DNA from: the human T2T-CHM13v2.0 reference genome, Homo sapiens
NCBI RefSeq assembly: GCF_009914755.1
Contig: NC_060936.1
Strand: one strand, 5' to 3'
Length of the DNA stretch: 64,000 nt
The notes beneath the pieces are model-generated. The model was not told the origin of the DNA. It ran no database searches and worked only from the letters and a program-made list of their open reading frames with translations. Position 1 is the first letter of the stretch. Each line of letters begins with the position of its first letter. A program made the translations under genes and the position numbers. Shown piece after piece: positions 1-16,894 of this stretch.

Positions 1-53
1 GCCTTGGCCTCCCAAAGTGCTGACATTACAGGCATGAGCCACTGCACCTGGCC
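1..53 (-). mobile_element. Alu 5' end (runs off the window)
   Basis: GCCTTGGCCTCCCAAAGTGCTG...CACCTGGCC. Confidence 0.85.
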
Positions 54-54
54 A

Positions 55-435
55 TTATTGGACAGTTTTAATGGAAAGTGTTTCCTTATATTGAGTGGAA
101 ATCAGTCTGCTTATGGTTTATAATCCTCAGACTTGATTCTCCCCCTGAATCTATATGAAATAAATTTACTCCTATTTGAAAATATTTGTCATATTCCTTC
201 TTATTTTTCTTTAAGCTTTATTTTTTCTTATTATCCATATGACATGTTTCCAGAACTCTCCCTTATCCTGATTGTCCTCCTTTAGACACATGCTTTTAAT
301 GATATATTTCTTAAAATGTGTTACCCAGGACAACATATTTTTTTTTACTGTGGACAGTATACTTTTACGAATGGTGCCAATAATGCATTACATTTTTTAG
401 CAGTCATGTCATCCTCTTGATTTGCATTGAGTCAT
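55..435 (-). mobile_element. L3/CR1-like ancient LINE fragment
   Basis: Degenerate similarity to a recalled L3 consensus. Confidence 0.4.
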
Positions 436-838
436 CATTTCTTAAGAGGGAATCAGGATATCAAAATAGTCTCCAAACTCAGCTGATTCCTTCTGCAGAT
501 ACACTCTCCACCCTTCTTGATTCCTTTTCGGGAGAAAAGAAAAAAGTTTATTTTCATTGCTAACCTCACTGATTTTTAATTTTACCATTTAAATGTTAGT
601 AACAGCTGGTAATGTAACCAAAGAAGATTTTTGGCAGGGGATGATGCATTCAGAGCCTTCACTCTGGCTACAGGGAGACCATGGAGGATGGGCTGGAACG
701 GAAGCACGATGGACTCCTGGGCACACCGTTAAGTGACTGATGGAGTCATTCAGCTGACAAATGATAATGGCCTGGATTAAGGAAGGAGAAGAGGGGACCA
801 AGAAATGCCAGAGATACATAGGAAGTAAAAATTAATAG

Positions 839-1149
<311 letters not shown>

Positions 1150-1254
1150 TTGGCAACTAATTTACACGGAATGGCAGAGAGTGATTAATGAAAAAGCGGG
1201 GAGAAAAGCTGCTCTTGACATCTGAAAGCTGACTTGGCATTCACAGCTAGGCTA

Positions 1255-1737
1255 TGTTATTTTCCTATTGGGCATAAGTCTCACAGAATACCAACATTAA
1301 ACAAGATGACTCTGAAACCTTAATAAAGTGAGAAAAAACAAGTCCACTTTGTAATTTTGTCTAAGCACAGGCAAAAAGAGGGTCATGGTGCCATCCAGAA
1401 AATACCAAAAATCACCCTCTCTCAGCTAAAATGAGCAACTGCTACTTTACCAGTGACAGCTTTGTCCCAGCTCTAGTCTGCCTTCCCTATAGAGAAGATG
1501 TATTGAGATAATCATGAAATTCTCCTTCTTTCTGATAGTATCCAATCTGGAGCAAACCCGTTTCCTTAGACCCTCTCCCAATCCCAAATTCTATACTAGG
1601 TTCTTCTAAACACTCTCATACTGAGACACCCCATGGTTCCCTATGTTGTGTGTTCTTCTTTGCTGCAATGAGTAATAAACTCAACTTGTTTAACTAGAGG
1701 TGTGTTCCTGGTGGTCTCTGGTTAAAGAGCATTGATG
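1255..1737 (+). mobile_element. ERV1 solo LTR (MER89/MER90-like)
   Basis: LTR-type 3' end GCAATGAGTAATAAACTCAACTTG...GTGTGTTCCTGGTGGTC matches a recalled consensus. Confidence 0.55.
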
Positions 1738-2026
1738 TTAAGAATAATTTCAGAGTTTCTTGCTTGGACAGTCAGGTGTGAGTAGTGCCAGTAATAGAAA
1801 TAAAGAATACTGGAGAAGAAGAAAATGTCTTCAGTTTTTAACAGGTTACCTTTGAGATATTAGTAGGTTACTCCAAGTGGAGATATCCAAGAAGTAATTG
1901 GATGGATTTATGACTCTGGAGCTCAAGAGAGATGTCTGTGCTGAATCTATCTATCAGTCATCCATGTACCTACCTACCTACCTGTAGCTACACATAATAT
2001 ACTCAGAAATGTATATATTTGAGAGC

Positions 2027-2397
<371 letters not shown>

Positions 2398-2886
2398 TGA
2401 GGACACGGCAGCAAGGAATATCCCATATACTTATGGGATGAGCAGAAAATGAGATACAGAAAATGAGAAAAGACTCTTAGAAGGAGCTGTCATGAGGAAA
2501 GATAATCAGAAGCAGAAGACCAGATGTTAGAGGAGAGAGTTTCAAGGAGGATGAGATTAGTAGTTTAATAGGCTGCTAAAAAGTCAAGTAAGATAAAGTG
2601 CCCTTCAAGCTATTTGATATATATCCCCATCATTTTTCGAGCACCTCTGTTTTTTGGCACAATAAGATGTTCAGGCTCCTCTTATACTTTCCTGTCCTAG
2701 CCCTGGAATCAGCCATTTCTCTAAGGAGTCCTGTATCCTTTTAGTGGAAACTGGTATCTAGAAACCAAGATCTGGTGTAGTATTCCTTTCAAGAAGCTTG
2801 TCTGTGAAGGGTTATGGCTGTATGATCACACGTGGGACTGGAAGTACAGAGGGGATACCTGGCTCAGGTAAAGATGAACAAAACAT

Positions 2887-3604
<718 letters not shown>

Positions 3605-3816
3605 TTAAGAAATGTGGGTGAAGCTCTGCTTCTCAATAGACATGAAGTGATCTCAGCTGAGGAAAGAGGCCATCTGCCCAGGCTGGGCACCAAGCAAAAC
3701 CTGAAACCACCTTTGAAATGTTTGGGAAAGCTACCTGTGCCAAGAATTTTATCCTGGTGTAAAAGCTTTGTATAAACAAAGCAATTATAACTTTGTTTAT
3801 TAAAGTGAGAATTATT

Positions 3817-4120
3817 ATTATTGTTATTATTTTTCTTTTGAGACCGAGTCTCGCTCTGTCGCCCAGGCTGGAGGGCAGTGGTGCAATCTCAGCTCACTGC
3901 AGGCTCCGCCCCCCGGGTTCACGCCATTCTCCTGCCTCAGCCTCATGAGTAGCTGGGACTACAGGCGCCCGCCACCTCACCCGGCTAATTTTTTGTATTT
4001 TTAGTAGAGACGGGGTTTCACCATGTTAGCCAGGATGGTCTCGATCTCCTGACCTCGTGATCAGCCCGCCTCGGCCTCCCAAAGTGCTGGGATTGCAGGC
4101 GTGAGCCACTGTGCCCGGCC
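3817..4120 (-). mobile_element. AluY
   Basis: AluY diagnostics. TSD GAGAATTATT at 3807-3816 and 4121-4130. Confidence 0.9.
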
Positions 4121-7100
4121 GAGAATTATTTTTATTGACTTTAATATTTTTCATTATTAAGGAAATAATGGAATGTTTTAGTTCCATTATTTGAATTAAA
4201 ATCTTCCAAAGAAGATTGAAGCTGTACTTCAATCTTGATCCCAACTTGATCCCAACCTTTTTTGTTCTGGAAAATGCCCATTTTCTTACTGCAAATGCAT
4301 CTCAAGGGGATTCCCTCCTCCTGGCCATAGTAGATTGGACTCGAGGTGAGTAACTATATTAAGTAGGGCTGACCCATTTATGGTGTTTTGTTTCTTGGTA
4401 AGCACATGACTCACACTAGGCCAGTGAGGGTCATTTCTCAGGATTTGAAAAACCAGAGCTGGCGCAAGAGGCTTATTCGTTTTCTAGGACCAACAGAGAC
4501 GGGGGACATTAGGTTTGTTTGTGGCGTAGTTCCTAGGAAGAAGCCAGTGCAAGAGAAACAAGAGATGAAGAGAGAAGATTCCAGGCTGTGTCTGAATCTC
4601 TGATTCCTGGTCTGTGAGCCCCGGGTGTGCTCTTGCCATCTCAGAATCACGTGAACCTCTCTTCCAACACAGATTCCTTTTGGCCTCTGCTAGTTTGACT
4701 TTGCGTTTCAACCACATTTCACCAAAAAAGAGAGACCTTGCTCATAAAGTGACTTCAAATAAACTTGGTTTTAATTTACATTGTCAAAAGCTAACCTCCT
4801 TTTGATAAGTATCTCCAGTATCCCACCTAAAATGCCAAGAAATAAAGTGACCACAAATGGCTGATGTGTTTTTCCTAATAAAAGCAGCAATTGTTCAAAA
4901 TAATTTTTTTCTATCTATACCTAATATTAGAACATTTATGCAGGCAACCCCCCAAGGATCTCTTTCTTGTGAATCACATTAGTCTAAATTGTATTTCCAC
5001 TTCTCTCCTTCCTATCACATGATTGCATTGAATGTATATTATCACTTCATTCAAATACTTTCTTCTCTAAAGCAACAAGAAGTAAATCATTTGTAAGAAA
5101 AAGTACATATACATTCTTATTTTCTTCCCTTAAGTTACATATAATTTCCCAGATGCCTACTCAAACTTATAGTATCTCTAACCACGACTTATTTTAATAG
5201 GTTGGACTGTCCCTATTTGCTCTTTTAGATTTCCAGGTCCTTAAGGTTAAGCAGAAACCCTAATCCTTGTGTTTATCCAGGCAAATGCTAATTTCAAAGA
5301 CAGCTATCTAATCTGGTTAGCGGTTTTGTTCTTTGAAAATAATCCTGGGTTTGCTTATAATAGCAGGGTTAATCATTGCACCGATAGTTTTTGGTTTGTT
5401 TTTGTTTTTGTTTTTGTTTTGTCTATACCTTCATAGAGAATCAGTCTCCTATTTTGTTCTGGGATTCACCCGTTCCCCATTTCCAGTCTGAGATCTCAGT
5501 GGTACTCTGACCCCCTGCATTAGGAATAGAGTCATGGCCCAGGGCCAAGAAAACCTGCACATGTGTTCCTGAAGTGGGCACATGACCTAAACCAGTACAA
5601 TTAGGGGACATTTCCAGACTTTCATGAATGCCACCAACAGATAAATTTTTTCTCTCTGCTGGACATGACCTTGAGGGACTATGAGGCTGGCATTTCTGCA
5701 GCCATCTTATGATCATGAAAAGATTATCTGAGAATGAAGTCAGCCCAAAAGGCTTCTGAGAGATGGAGAAAAGGAAAACAGGTCCTAATTATTTGCTAAT
5801 TACCTAAGCCAAAAAAGAGACTTTTTTGCTAAAACTCATTCAAATGGATCTTTGTTACTTACAACCAAAATATTCTTAACTGATATTATACTTATCATGT
5901 GAAATTAAATTGAGTAAGAAGAAAAAGTGGGTAAATACATGTGTATCTGATTTTTTTAAAAAAGAATAAGATCTGAGAAATGAATGAAAACTCAGAATCT
6001 ATTGGCCGTATCAGCTTATACCTATATGTTTGCCACAATTATTTATCTGGAAAGAGAAACAAGGCTCTGAGCATTTTCTTCTAAGACATTCAGTCAGTGT
6101 CTTGGGACATCCAGAGTTGGAGAGATTTAACCCAGTCCCTTACAATCTCTATGGCAACAATCTACTGCAATAAAACAGTTGTTCTGAATAGTGACCTTGA
6201 GATGCACTAAAGCCAGTCGTCAGAAAAAGATGCATAGTCTTACAGAATTTTAGATCACCTACTGCTTAGTAATGCCATTTTCAACAGTATAGATTGAAAT
6301 ACATATGTAGGGCTGAAACTTTAAATAACTAAAAGATTAAATATATGAAAACAATGGTTTTTCCAATGCCTTCCTTTCTTGATGAAAATCCCTTCTTTAT
6401 AAAAACTACTACACAAGAGAGTTTTTACCATGGCTGGGCCTTCTTAGGTCTTGGAGAACATAGAAAACTAATAAACACTACCTCTCTTTCCCCATCCTAT
6501 AACTCCTATGCTAGGACTGGAAGATAAACAAATCTTTTTATTTTTTGAAGCAATCTTTAAGAAATGTGATACATTTTCTTTCAAATTACCCAGAAGGAAG
6601 CATATGGAGTAGAAAATGGAAGAAATTTACAATTAGCAGATTCATCTGAATTCTATCCCTGTCCATAACTGGAAGAACTACTAGATGTAGTTCTAAGTTA
6701 GACGTAGGGTAAGCCCCACTGGGGTATGGCCCAGATCTGTCTTAATTCATTGGCATACAACCAATGCCAAGCACAGTGTCTGGCACATATACTAGGTGCT
6801 CAATAAATTTTCTTTAAATAAACTCATATATGGACTTTGCATGAGTTTCTTATCCTTTCTTAGTGAGGTTAACTGCTGCAACAACCACCAAAACCGCAGT
6901 GCCTTGATACAGTAAATGTTTACTTCTCACCTTTGTTACAGTCTAACTCTGGCCAGTGAATGGGGAGAAATGTGTATGCTCCACAGTGCCATTCAGGGAT
7001 ACAGCCTCCTTCCAAGTGGTAGTGGTGGCTTCCCCATTCCTTGGGGCCGTGGGCTCCTCTTCTGGATTGAGGGCACCCAGCCAGCTGGCAAGGAAGAAAG

Positions 7101-7791
7101 AATGTGGAAAACAGAGGATCATGCGCTAGCTTTCAATGGCCAGCCCTTGGTGGGGGGACTCAAATCACTTCCACTCACATCCCATTGGTCAGAACAAAGT
7201 TTTATGCAAGCTCACCGCTGCAACTGCAAGACAGCTGGGAACTATGCTCTAGCGGTGTGCCGTGGAAGAAGAGAAACTCAAACACTGGTGAATGTTAGCT
7301 TGCTTGGCTTCACTCTCTGAGCCCCAACTTCTTTTGAAAGTGGAATTAATAATTGCTATTTGCCAGCACTTTATGAAGATTAAATGAGGCAATAAATGTG
7401 GAAGCACTTGATAAAGTGCCAATTAAATCTTAGCTATAAATATTCCTGGGTAATTTGCTTGGTTACATTACCTCTGCACATCATCTGTGAAATGTGTAGG
7501 CTGAAATGTACTCTAGGAGTCCTTTCCAGCTCTAAAATGCTTAGATTCTGTGTTTCTTTTAAACTTTCAGCAAGTGTCTTTGAAATTTTGTCGACCCTTT
7601 AGGATCCTACATGTGATTCTACAAGCTAACCCTCTTGCCCTCAAATCCTCTTTCATTGCTATAATTTTGCCCGTGATCTTTTTGAGACATAACCTGACTC
7701 TGTTTTATCTCATTTTAATTCTGTTATTTCCAACTATAGATTAAAGGTAATCTTTGCCTTCCTATTACATTAGCCAGTTTCAGTCTGTTAG

Positions 7792-8127
<336 letters not shown>

Positions 8128-8569
8128 TAGCTGTGAGGAAAAGAACCCAAGGAGATATTTGACAGATTTGAAATATTAAAAACAAATATGATTAATCCTG
8201 CCTTGAAAGAGTCTATATAATAGAGGTTTGGTTCAATCTGTCTTTTTTTCCTGTGGCTTCCTTAGTTGTCTTACCCCAGCTTCCCAGCCTTTTTTCTCCA
8301 GCTAAATGCCCCTGTCCATTGACAGCTGTTTTGAATGGTTCCTGGGGAGTCAGCCAGGTGAAGTCTGAAATCTTCTATATTAAATTCAGGCGAGGGGCTG
8401 ACATTCATTAACGCTCAAGGGTATACTGGCTCCTAGGTCATTCACATAAAGGAGAGAAACTGGTCTATCTACTTCCATTCTAGCCCTTTCTAATCTTTCT
8501 CTAGACCAAAATCAGGGTGCTCATTTTGCAGTGCAAATCTGGTGTCATTTCTGTGCTTTCAACACTTTA

Positions 8570-9710
8570 GCATGTGTATTTAACTTTTTAAAAACTTTTT
8601 GATATAGACAAATAATAAAATGCACAGATCTTCAGTACAGTTTGATGAGTTTTGATATACCTGTGAAACCACCACCCTAAACAAGATAATAGACTATACC
8701 ATCATCTCAGAAAGTTCCCTTGCTCCCCATTTCCTGCCATTTCACCCTCTTCTTACCTGCTACCCAAAGAGGAAACCAGTTTCTGATTTTTGTCACCATA
8801 GATTTGTTTTGTCTATTTTTGGATTTCATACAGTCATACAACATAGACTTTTTTGTGTCAGGTTAATTTTACTGCACATAATCTTTCTGAAATTTTCCTG
8901 TGGTGGCGTGTGATCAGTAGTCTGTTTAATTTATTTATTTATATGGAGTTTTGCTGTTGTTGCCTAGGCTAGAATGCAGTGGCGCAAGCTCACCACAACC
9001 TCCGCCTCCTGGGTTCAAGTGATTCTCCTGGCTCAGCCTTCCGAGTAGCTGAGATTACAGGCATGTGCCACCAAGCCCGGCTAATTTTGTATTTTTAGTG
9101 GAGATGGGGGTTTCTCCATGTTGGTCAGGCTGGTCTCGAACTCCTAACCTCAGGTGATCCACCCACCTTGGTCTCCCAAAATGCTGGGATTACAGGTGTG
9201 AGCTATTGCGCCTGGCTAAGTCTATTCCTTTTAAATGCTGAGTGTGGATGCTCTATATGAATATATAGCTTTTTTTTTTTTTTTGAGACAGAGTCTTGCT
9301 GTGACACCCAGGCTGGAGTGCAGTGGCATGGTCTAGGCTCACTGCAACCTCCTCGTCTTGGGTTCAAGTGAATTATCCTGCCCCCAGCCTCCTTAGTAGC
9401 TGGGACAACAGGCACGTGTCACCATGCCTGGCTAATTTTGTATTTTTAGTAGAGATGGGGTTTCACCATATTGGCAGGCTGGTCTCAAATTCCTGACCTC
9501 AGGCGATCCACCCACCTCAGTCTCCCAAGGTGCTGGGATTTCAGGGGTGAGCCACTATGCCCAGCCTATGGCAATTTATTTATCCACTCTCCTGTTGATT
9601 GACATTTGGGTTGGTTCTAGCTTGGAGCTATTTTAAGCCTGCTATGAATATTTGTCTTCAAGTCCTTTGTGGATATGAGTTTTCGTTTCTCTCAGGTAAA
9701 TACTCACCAA
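8570..9710 (-). mobile_element. L1ME-like 3' end interrupted by two Alus (AluSp-like 8925-9216; AluS 9270-9566)
   Basis: L1M 3'UTR-type sequence flanks and separates two minus-strand Alu dimers. Confidence 0.75.
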
Positions 9711-10616
9711 ATCATAGGGCCTTTGATAGTCTAAAGACCCATTGTTTTTAGGATGAAGACTCAAACCTAAGGCCCCACATGGTCCTGACCACTTCTCTGG
9801 AGGCGTCCTGCACACTTGCCCCTTCCCTTAACTCTGAATTTCAGCCTCTATGTATATGTTCTTCCCTCTGCCCAGAACATGCTTCCCTCCCTCTCTTCCT
9901 GTTAACCTTGACTCATCCTTCAGATCTAAACGCTGGCAACATTAAGGTAAAGCCCCTTATCATAGGCATTCCCAGCTCTGTGTGCTTGATGTCCTAGCAC
10001 TTACCAAGACTGTGGCTTTATATTGACATGTATGAGTATTTGTTTAATGTTTGCTTCTCGTGCAACAGCAAGCGTCACTAGGGCAGATGTTGTGTTTGTT
10101 TTATTCACGCAGTGCCTAGCCTAGCTTCTGGCACATACTAATCACTCAACAAACCATTGTGGGATGCATGAATGATGACTGCCCTATACCCCATGGTGAA
10201 TTTTTTTCTCTACTTTGGTGAAGTCTCATTTGGTCACCCAGAGAAGAAACCCTCTGTGCCCTCATCATGGATTTTTTCATGACCTGGACACAGCAAGAGG
10301 GGAAAAGACGAGGCAATCAGTTACGTTCAGGCTACCTGGCTTCCAGGAAAGAGAAAAGCTTAAACTTCAATCTTGATCATTCTTGTCCTAAACCATTATG
10401 TAAACCAAATTCCTGCTAAACGGGCTTCCAATCCAAATAAGACAACAAGGCAACACAGTTAGCAAATATTTCACCTTGAAGGAGGCCAAGAGATTTGCTC
10501 CTGGTATTTTTTCCCCTTGGTTTGTCTTCTGGAACAACCGGGTACTGGGGGCATTCTCAAGATGGCACTGCGTTTCTTAGAAAGTGGGACTGTTTCTTGG
10601 TAGAAGTTGTTCCAGA

Positions 10617-10935
10617 CGCTGGGTGCAATGGCGCACGCCTGTAATCCCAGCACTTTGGGAGGCCGAGGCAGGTGGATCACCTGAGGTCAGGAGTTTGAGA
10701 CCAGCCTGGCCAACATGGTGAAACCCAGTCTCTACTAAAACTACAAAAAAAACTAGCCAGGTGTGGTGGCGGGTGCCTGTAATCCCAGCTACTCCGGAGG
10801 TTGAGGCAGGAGAATCACGTGAACCCCAGAGGCAGAGGTTGCAGTGAGTCGAGAATGTGCCATTGTATCCAGCCTGGGCGATAAGAGTAAAACTCCGTCT
10901 CAAAAAAAAAAAAAAAAAAAAAAAGAAAAGAAAAA
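10617..10935 (+). mobile_element. AluS
   Basis: Full dimer with long A tail. Confidence 0.9.
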
Positions 10936-11556
10936 TTAGGGGCCATAATGTTCTTCCATCAATAAAATTTGTTTCCCACGTGGAAATGCACAACCATGGG
11001 GCATTTTTACTGTCTGAGTGGCCACATGGGGGTGCTGAGTCGAAAGGCACATTTAACAACGTGTTGTTACTGTGAGCAAGGCTATTCGGGGATGCGTTTT
11101 GCTATGCATCCCCCCAAAATCCCAATACATGCAGTAATAAAGATGATTAATATAATCTTACATACCTTCACATGACTCTGTCTTTTTCATGGGGAATTTC
11201 CTCCCCAGGTGGGCGTTTTGTCTGTCTCGAATGATAATAATGAGTAGACAAGTGTATGGATACTGTCTCTTCTTTAGATGTTTTGCCTTTGCAAAAAGAG
11301 TGCAAATCGAAGTGATCCTACAGATGAGCTGTAAGTGTTAAAGAAAACAACATTAGTTTGTATCACCACCAGACTACTTTTATTGCCACCAGAAAATGAA
11401 AGTGTTTTAGGAAACAGCAAAGCCCTATAAAAGGAATAGAATGATGTCCGCCAGTCTTGAAATAGGGATGGGTGATTCTTGAAGAGGATTTGAGGAAGTC
11501 AAAGGTGATAATACACGTTAGAAAGTTGTGGGGGGTACAGGTGATGGATTGCTTTT

Positions 11557-11891
11557 TATTTAAAAATATTTATTATTATTCTTTTGTACTTGATCTTAGC
11601 CAAAAGGCCGAGGAGCAATTATTATTATTTTTTGAGACAGGGACTCGCTCTGTCACTCAGGCTGGTGTGCAGTGGTGCTCACTGCAACCTCAACCTCCCA
11701 GGCTCAAAGGATCCTCCTGCTTCAGCCTCCTGAGTGCGTGCCACTGTGCCTGGCTATTTTTTTAATTTTTTTGTAGAGATGGTGTCCCACTGTGTTGCCC
11801 AGGTTGGCCTCAAACTCCTGGGTTTAAGCTATCCTCCTGACTCAACCTCCTAAAGTGCTGGCATTACAGGCGTGAGCCACTGCACCTGGCC
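11557..11891 (-). mobile_element. AluJ with a U2 fragment inside its tail
   Basis: TSD TGGATTGCTTTT at 11545-11556 and 11892-11903. Confidence 0.85.
11588..11619 (-). pseudogene. 3'-truncated (tailless) U2 snRNA retrofragment
   Basis: Minus strand reads ATTGCTCCTCGGCCTTTTGGCTAAGATCAAGT, 30/32 identical to the U2 5' end. Flanked by TATTATTATT direct repeats at 11571-11580 and 11620-11629. Confidence 0.88.
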
Positions 11892-12488
11892 TGGATTGCT
11901 TTTATAATTAAAACAGAAAATGATTTAAAAATCTAGCAGAGAAATGAAGGTTAACATAAAATAACAACAACAACAACATAGATGATATTAACACTCCTGG
12001 AAAAGCATTGAATGGAAGAAGGAAAGATGAAAACAACTCCTTCTCCTCCCCCAAAATAAACAACAAAAAACTTGATCTTGAATATGGGTCCATGGAAGAA
12101 ACTCTCCTTCAGGACATTTTAGATGGAAATAGAGTCCATATGCAGTAATGGGTGTGCTTTCATCTAAAATGAGCTTCTGTTAATAATAGTTCTAGAGCAC
12201 TTTGTGTGTGCTAAAATTTTTTTCTGAGATTTTGGTTTGAGGATCTTTCCTAATTTAAGAGAATTTTATTCGTTCACTGTTTTGTTAGGTGAAGAGTTGG
12301 AAATATTTCTGTCTCATTAAACAGCCTCGATTCAAAGACAGACCACCTGCCTGATTTCCTACTCTCGTCCTCTAAAATAAAGACAGGCAACTGTGGGCAT
12401 TCCTGAAAATTGTTTGCCTTGTCCATTCAAGCTCATTTTTAAAGAATGACTCACGGCCAATCTGCACTCCAGCCTTTGATACTTAAGA

Positions 12489-12523
12489 GTGTGTGTGTGT
12501 GTGTATGTGTGTGTGTGTGTGTG
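12489..12523. repeat. (GT)n microsatellite
   Basis: About 17 GT units with one interruption. Confidence 0.95.
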
Positions 12524-12832
12524 CATGCAGAGGAATGGTGGAGAGAGGTATAAAAAGAAAATGAACAAAGAAGTGTGGATTAGAAGCCATACTCTGAGCT
12601 AAGGGCTGCACTTAATTGGAAATTAGGGGCCAACCTACAAGTACAATGCTATAAAACTAAGATCAGGACAAAGCCATCAAAGTCCAAGGTTACTCTGGGG
12701 GATAGAGACATGAGTCTGAAGCAAATGACACTGTGCCTCAGTGTGTGGGCAGACCTAGCTTTGAGGAGACTGGGGAAATGTTATAATTTTGGACAGCCTC
12801 TTGAATAAAGAATACAATTTTAGGTACAAATA

Positions 12833-13594
<762 letters not shown>

Positions 13595-13774
13595 TACAAT
13601 AACAAGACGACATGGCAGTGATTACTAAACACATACACACATCCACTACACCCGACTTCGTGTATCCCCAAGCCAGATTCCATAGTGTCCAGGGGCACTC
13701 CAGAGTTCTCTGACACAAGGAAGATTGTGATGGAAGAAAAGTCAGAGAGAAAGGACTTATTTGTTAAAATGCAT

Positions 13775-13984
13775 GATCAGGTGCAGTGGCTCATGTCTGT
13801 AATCCCAGCACTTTGGGAGGCAGAGGTAGGTGGATCACCTGAGGTCAGGAGTTAAAATAAAGGCCAGGCGCAGAGGCTCATGCCTGTAATACTAGTACTT
13901 TGGGAGGCTGAGGTGGGCAGATTGCCTGAGCTCAGGAGTTCAAGAGCAGCCTGGGCAACATGGTAAAACCCCATCTCAACTAAA

Positions 13985-14040
<56 letters not shown>

Positions 14041-14187
14041 CAGCCAGGCGTGGCAGTGGGCACCTGTAGTCCCAACTACCCAGGAGGCGGAGGCAGGAGA
14101 ATCACTTGAACCGGGAGGTGGAGGTTGCAGTGAGCTGAGATCACACCACTGCACTCCAGCCTGGGTGACAGAGCAAGACTCCATCTC

Positions 14188-14223
<36 letters not shown>
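13775..14223 (+). mobile_element. Partial Alu left arm (13775-13853) plus full AluS (13862-14223) with (AC)25 in its linker
   Basis: Alu motifs; AC repeat at 13987-14036. Confidence 0.88.
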
Positions 14224-14225
<2 letters not shown>

Positions 14226-14905
14226 TTTTATTTTTATTTCTCAAAAGGTATACGCACTTTCCATTTTGATACTGTCAAAATGCCCTCAGAAAAGTTGATG
14301 TCTGTAGGCCCACAATGGTACACAAGTGTCCTCTTATTCCTTAACAAAACTGAGTGAGATTCTTTTTTAATCCCTGTAAACCTGCTGGGTAAAAAATAGC
14401 TTATTGTCAATCATACTTGCTATTTTTATTATTAGCTTGATGGCTAATTTTATGTGTCCATTTGGCTAGGCTCTGGTACCCAGTTTTTGGTCAAACACCA
14501 GTCTAGACGTTGCTGTGATGGTATCTTTTTAGATGCGACTTAAATTTAGGCTGGGTACGGTGGATCATGCCTGTAATCCCAGCACTTTGGGAGGCCTAGG
14601 GGAGAGGATCCCTTGAGCCCAGAAGTTGAAGACCAGCCTGGGCGACATGACAAAACCTTGTCTCTACAAAAAAAAGGAAAGAAAAGAAAATTAGCCAGGC
14701 TTGGTGATGTGTACCTGTAGTCCCAGCTACTTGGGAGGCTGAGGTGGGAGGATCAATTGCACCTTGGAGGTTGAGTCTGCAGTGAGCCATAACTGTGCTA
14801 CTGCATTCCGGTCTGGGCAACACAATGAGACCCTGTCTCGAACAAAACAAAACAATATTTAAATCAGTAGACTTTGAGTAAAGCAGATTACCTCCATAAT
14901 ATGGG

Positions 14906-15487
<582 letters not shown>

Positions 15488-16397
15488 TTTGCTCCTTTTC
15501 CAGATTTTCTGAGATCTCACCTTTATGCTTCCCTGGGTGATCATTAGCTAAACTAATCTAAATGTCTCTTTATATATAATTACACATGCACACATACATA
15601 TACATACACACACACACACCCATCCTATGGGTTCTGCTTCTCTGGAGAACCTTGTCTAATACAATTAGTGAGGTTACCTAGGTCAAATGTTTATTGGTAT
15701 CTGTATTTCATTTCATCTTATTCCCTTCCCCCTTCTCTTTCCTCCTTTCCTCTTCCTCCTCCTTTCCCTCTCTTTCTTTTTGTTCTTTGCCCAGATCTTT
15801 TTTTAGATCCTCTGTGTGAACAGGGGTCCCCCAAAGTGAGGGGCTCTGGCCTATGTTCCCTAATTTGCTGGGAGTGAAAAGCCTTTTTGACTAGGGACTT
15901 GTACTACCAGTGAGATTGTGCAAATAAATACATTAAATAAATAAAGCTAAGTAATGGAGAAGGCTGCTTAGTTATGGGAACTTACTTTCAAAACCAGTTC
16001 CTCCTTCATTTATCAGTTAACAGCTGAATGCAGAATTTCCTGTTGTTTCTTTTTTTTTTTCCTTTCCTTCATAGCAAGTGATATCATCACAGCTACCTAG
16101 AAGAACGATTTCCCACAGTGACGGAGGTTCTGTGATGTCATTGGGATTACAAAAGCCAGGAAAGAAATTTGCTATCGGTATTTGTTGCCAGAAATTACGA
16201 AGCAAATTAATTTCAAGCTTTCTGGGAAAAAAACCCTTCAGTGAAAGTAAACATTTAAGAAATTATTATTATACAAGGAAATTCTGTCCTTAATCTGCCA
16301 GAGAGAGAATGCCTGCAACCTCAAGGTACTAAATAAACAGGCCTGGTATAAGAGAGAGTTCTATTTTGGGGATATTTAGTGGGCTAAGTATCTGTGC

Positions 16398-16733
16398 CAG
16401 CGGTCCCCAACCTTTTTGGCACCAGGGACCTATATCATGGAAGATCATTTTTCCACAGACTGGGGTTGGGGATGGTTTGGGGATGAAATTGTTTCACCTC
16501 AGATCATCACACATTAGATTTTCATAAGGAGCGGGCAACCTAGATCCCTCACATGTTCAGTTCACAATAGGGTTCGTGCTCCCGTGAGAATGTAGTGGCG
16601 CCACTGATCTGATAGGAAGCCATGCTCAGGTGGTAATGATCGCTCACCGGCCGCTCAATTCCTGCTGTGTGGTCTGGTTTCTAGCAGGCCATGGACGGGT
16701 ACTGGTCCACAGCCGGGGGGTTGGGGGCCCCTG
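16398..16733 (-). mobile_element. Complete MER1B (hAT-Charlie)
   Basis: CAGCGGTCCCCAACC...GGTTGGGGGCCCCTG TIRs. Perfect 8-bp TSD ATCTGTGC at 16390-16397 and 16734-16741. Confidence 0.9.
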
Positions 16734-16894
16734 ATCTGTGCCAAAACGCTAACTATCTTCAGATTGGCTAGGCTGGTAACTGGACTATTTTTCAAGCAAC
16801 CAGACCTGTCCTGATGAAGCTTTGAAGTGTCTCGCTTTCTCTATCCTAGGTCAGATCTCCTGAACACGGTCTCCCTTCCCTTTAATGGAAGTAG

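Noticed and set aside
4234-4256. CTTGATCCCAA tandem duplication
   Set aside because: Ordinary 11-bp slippage duplication.
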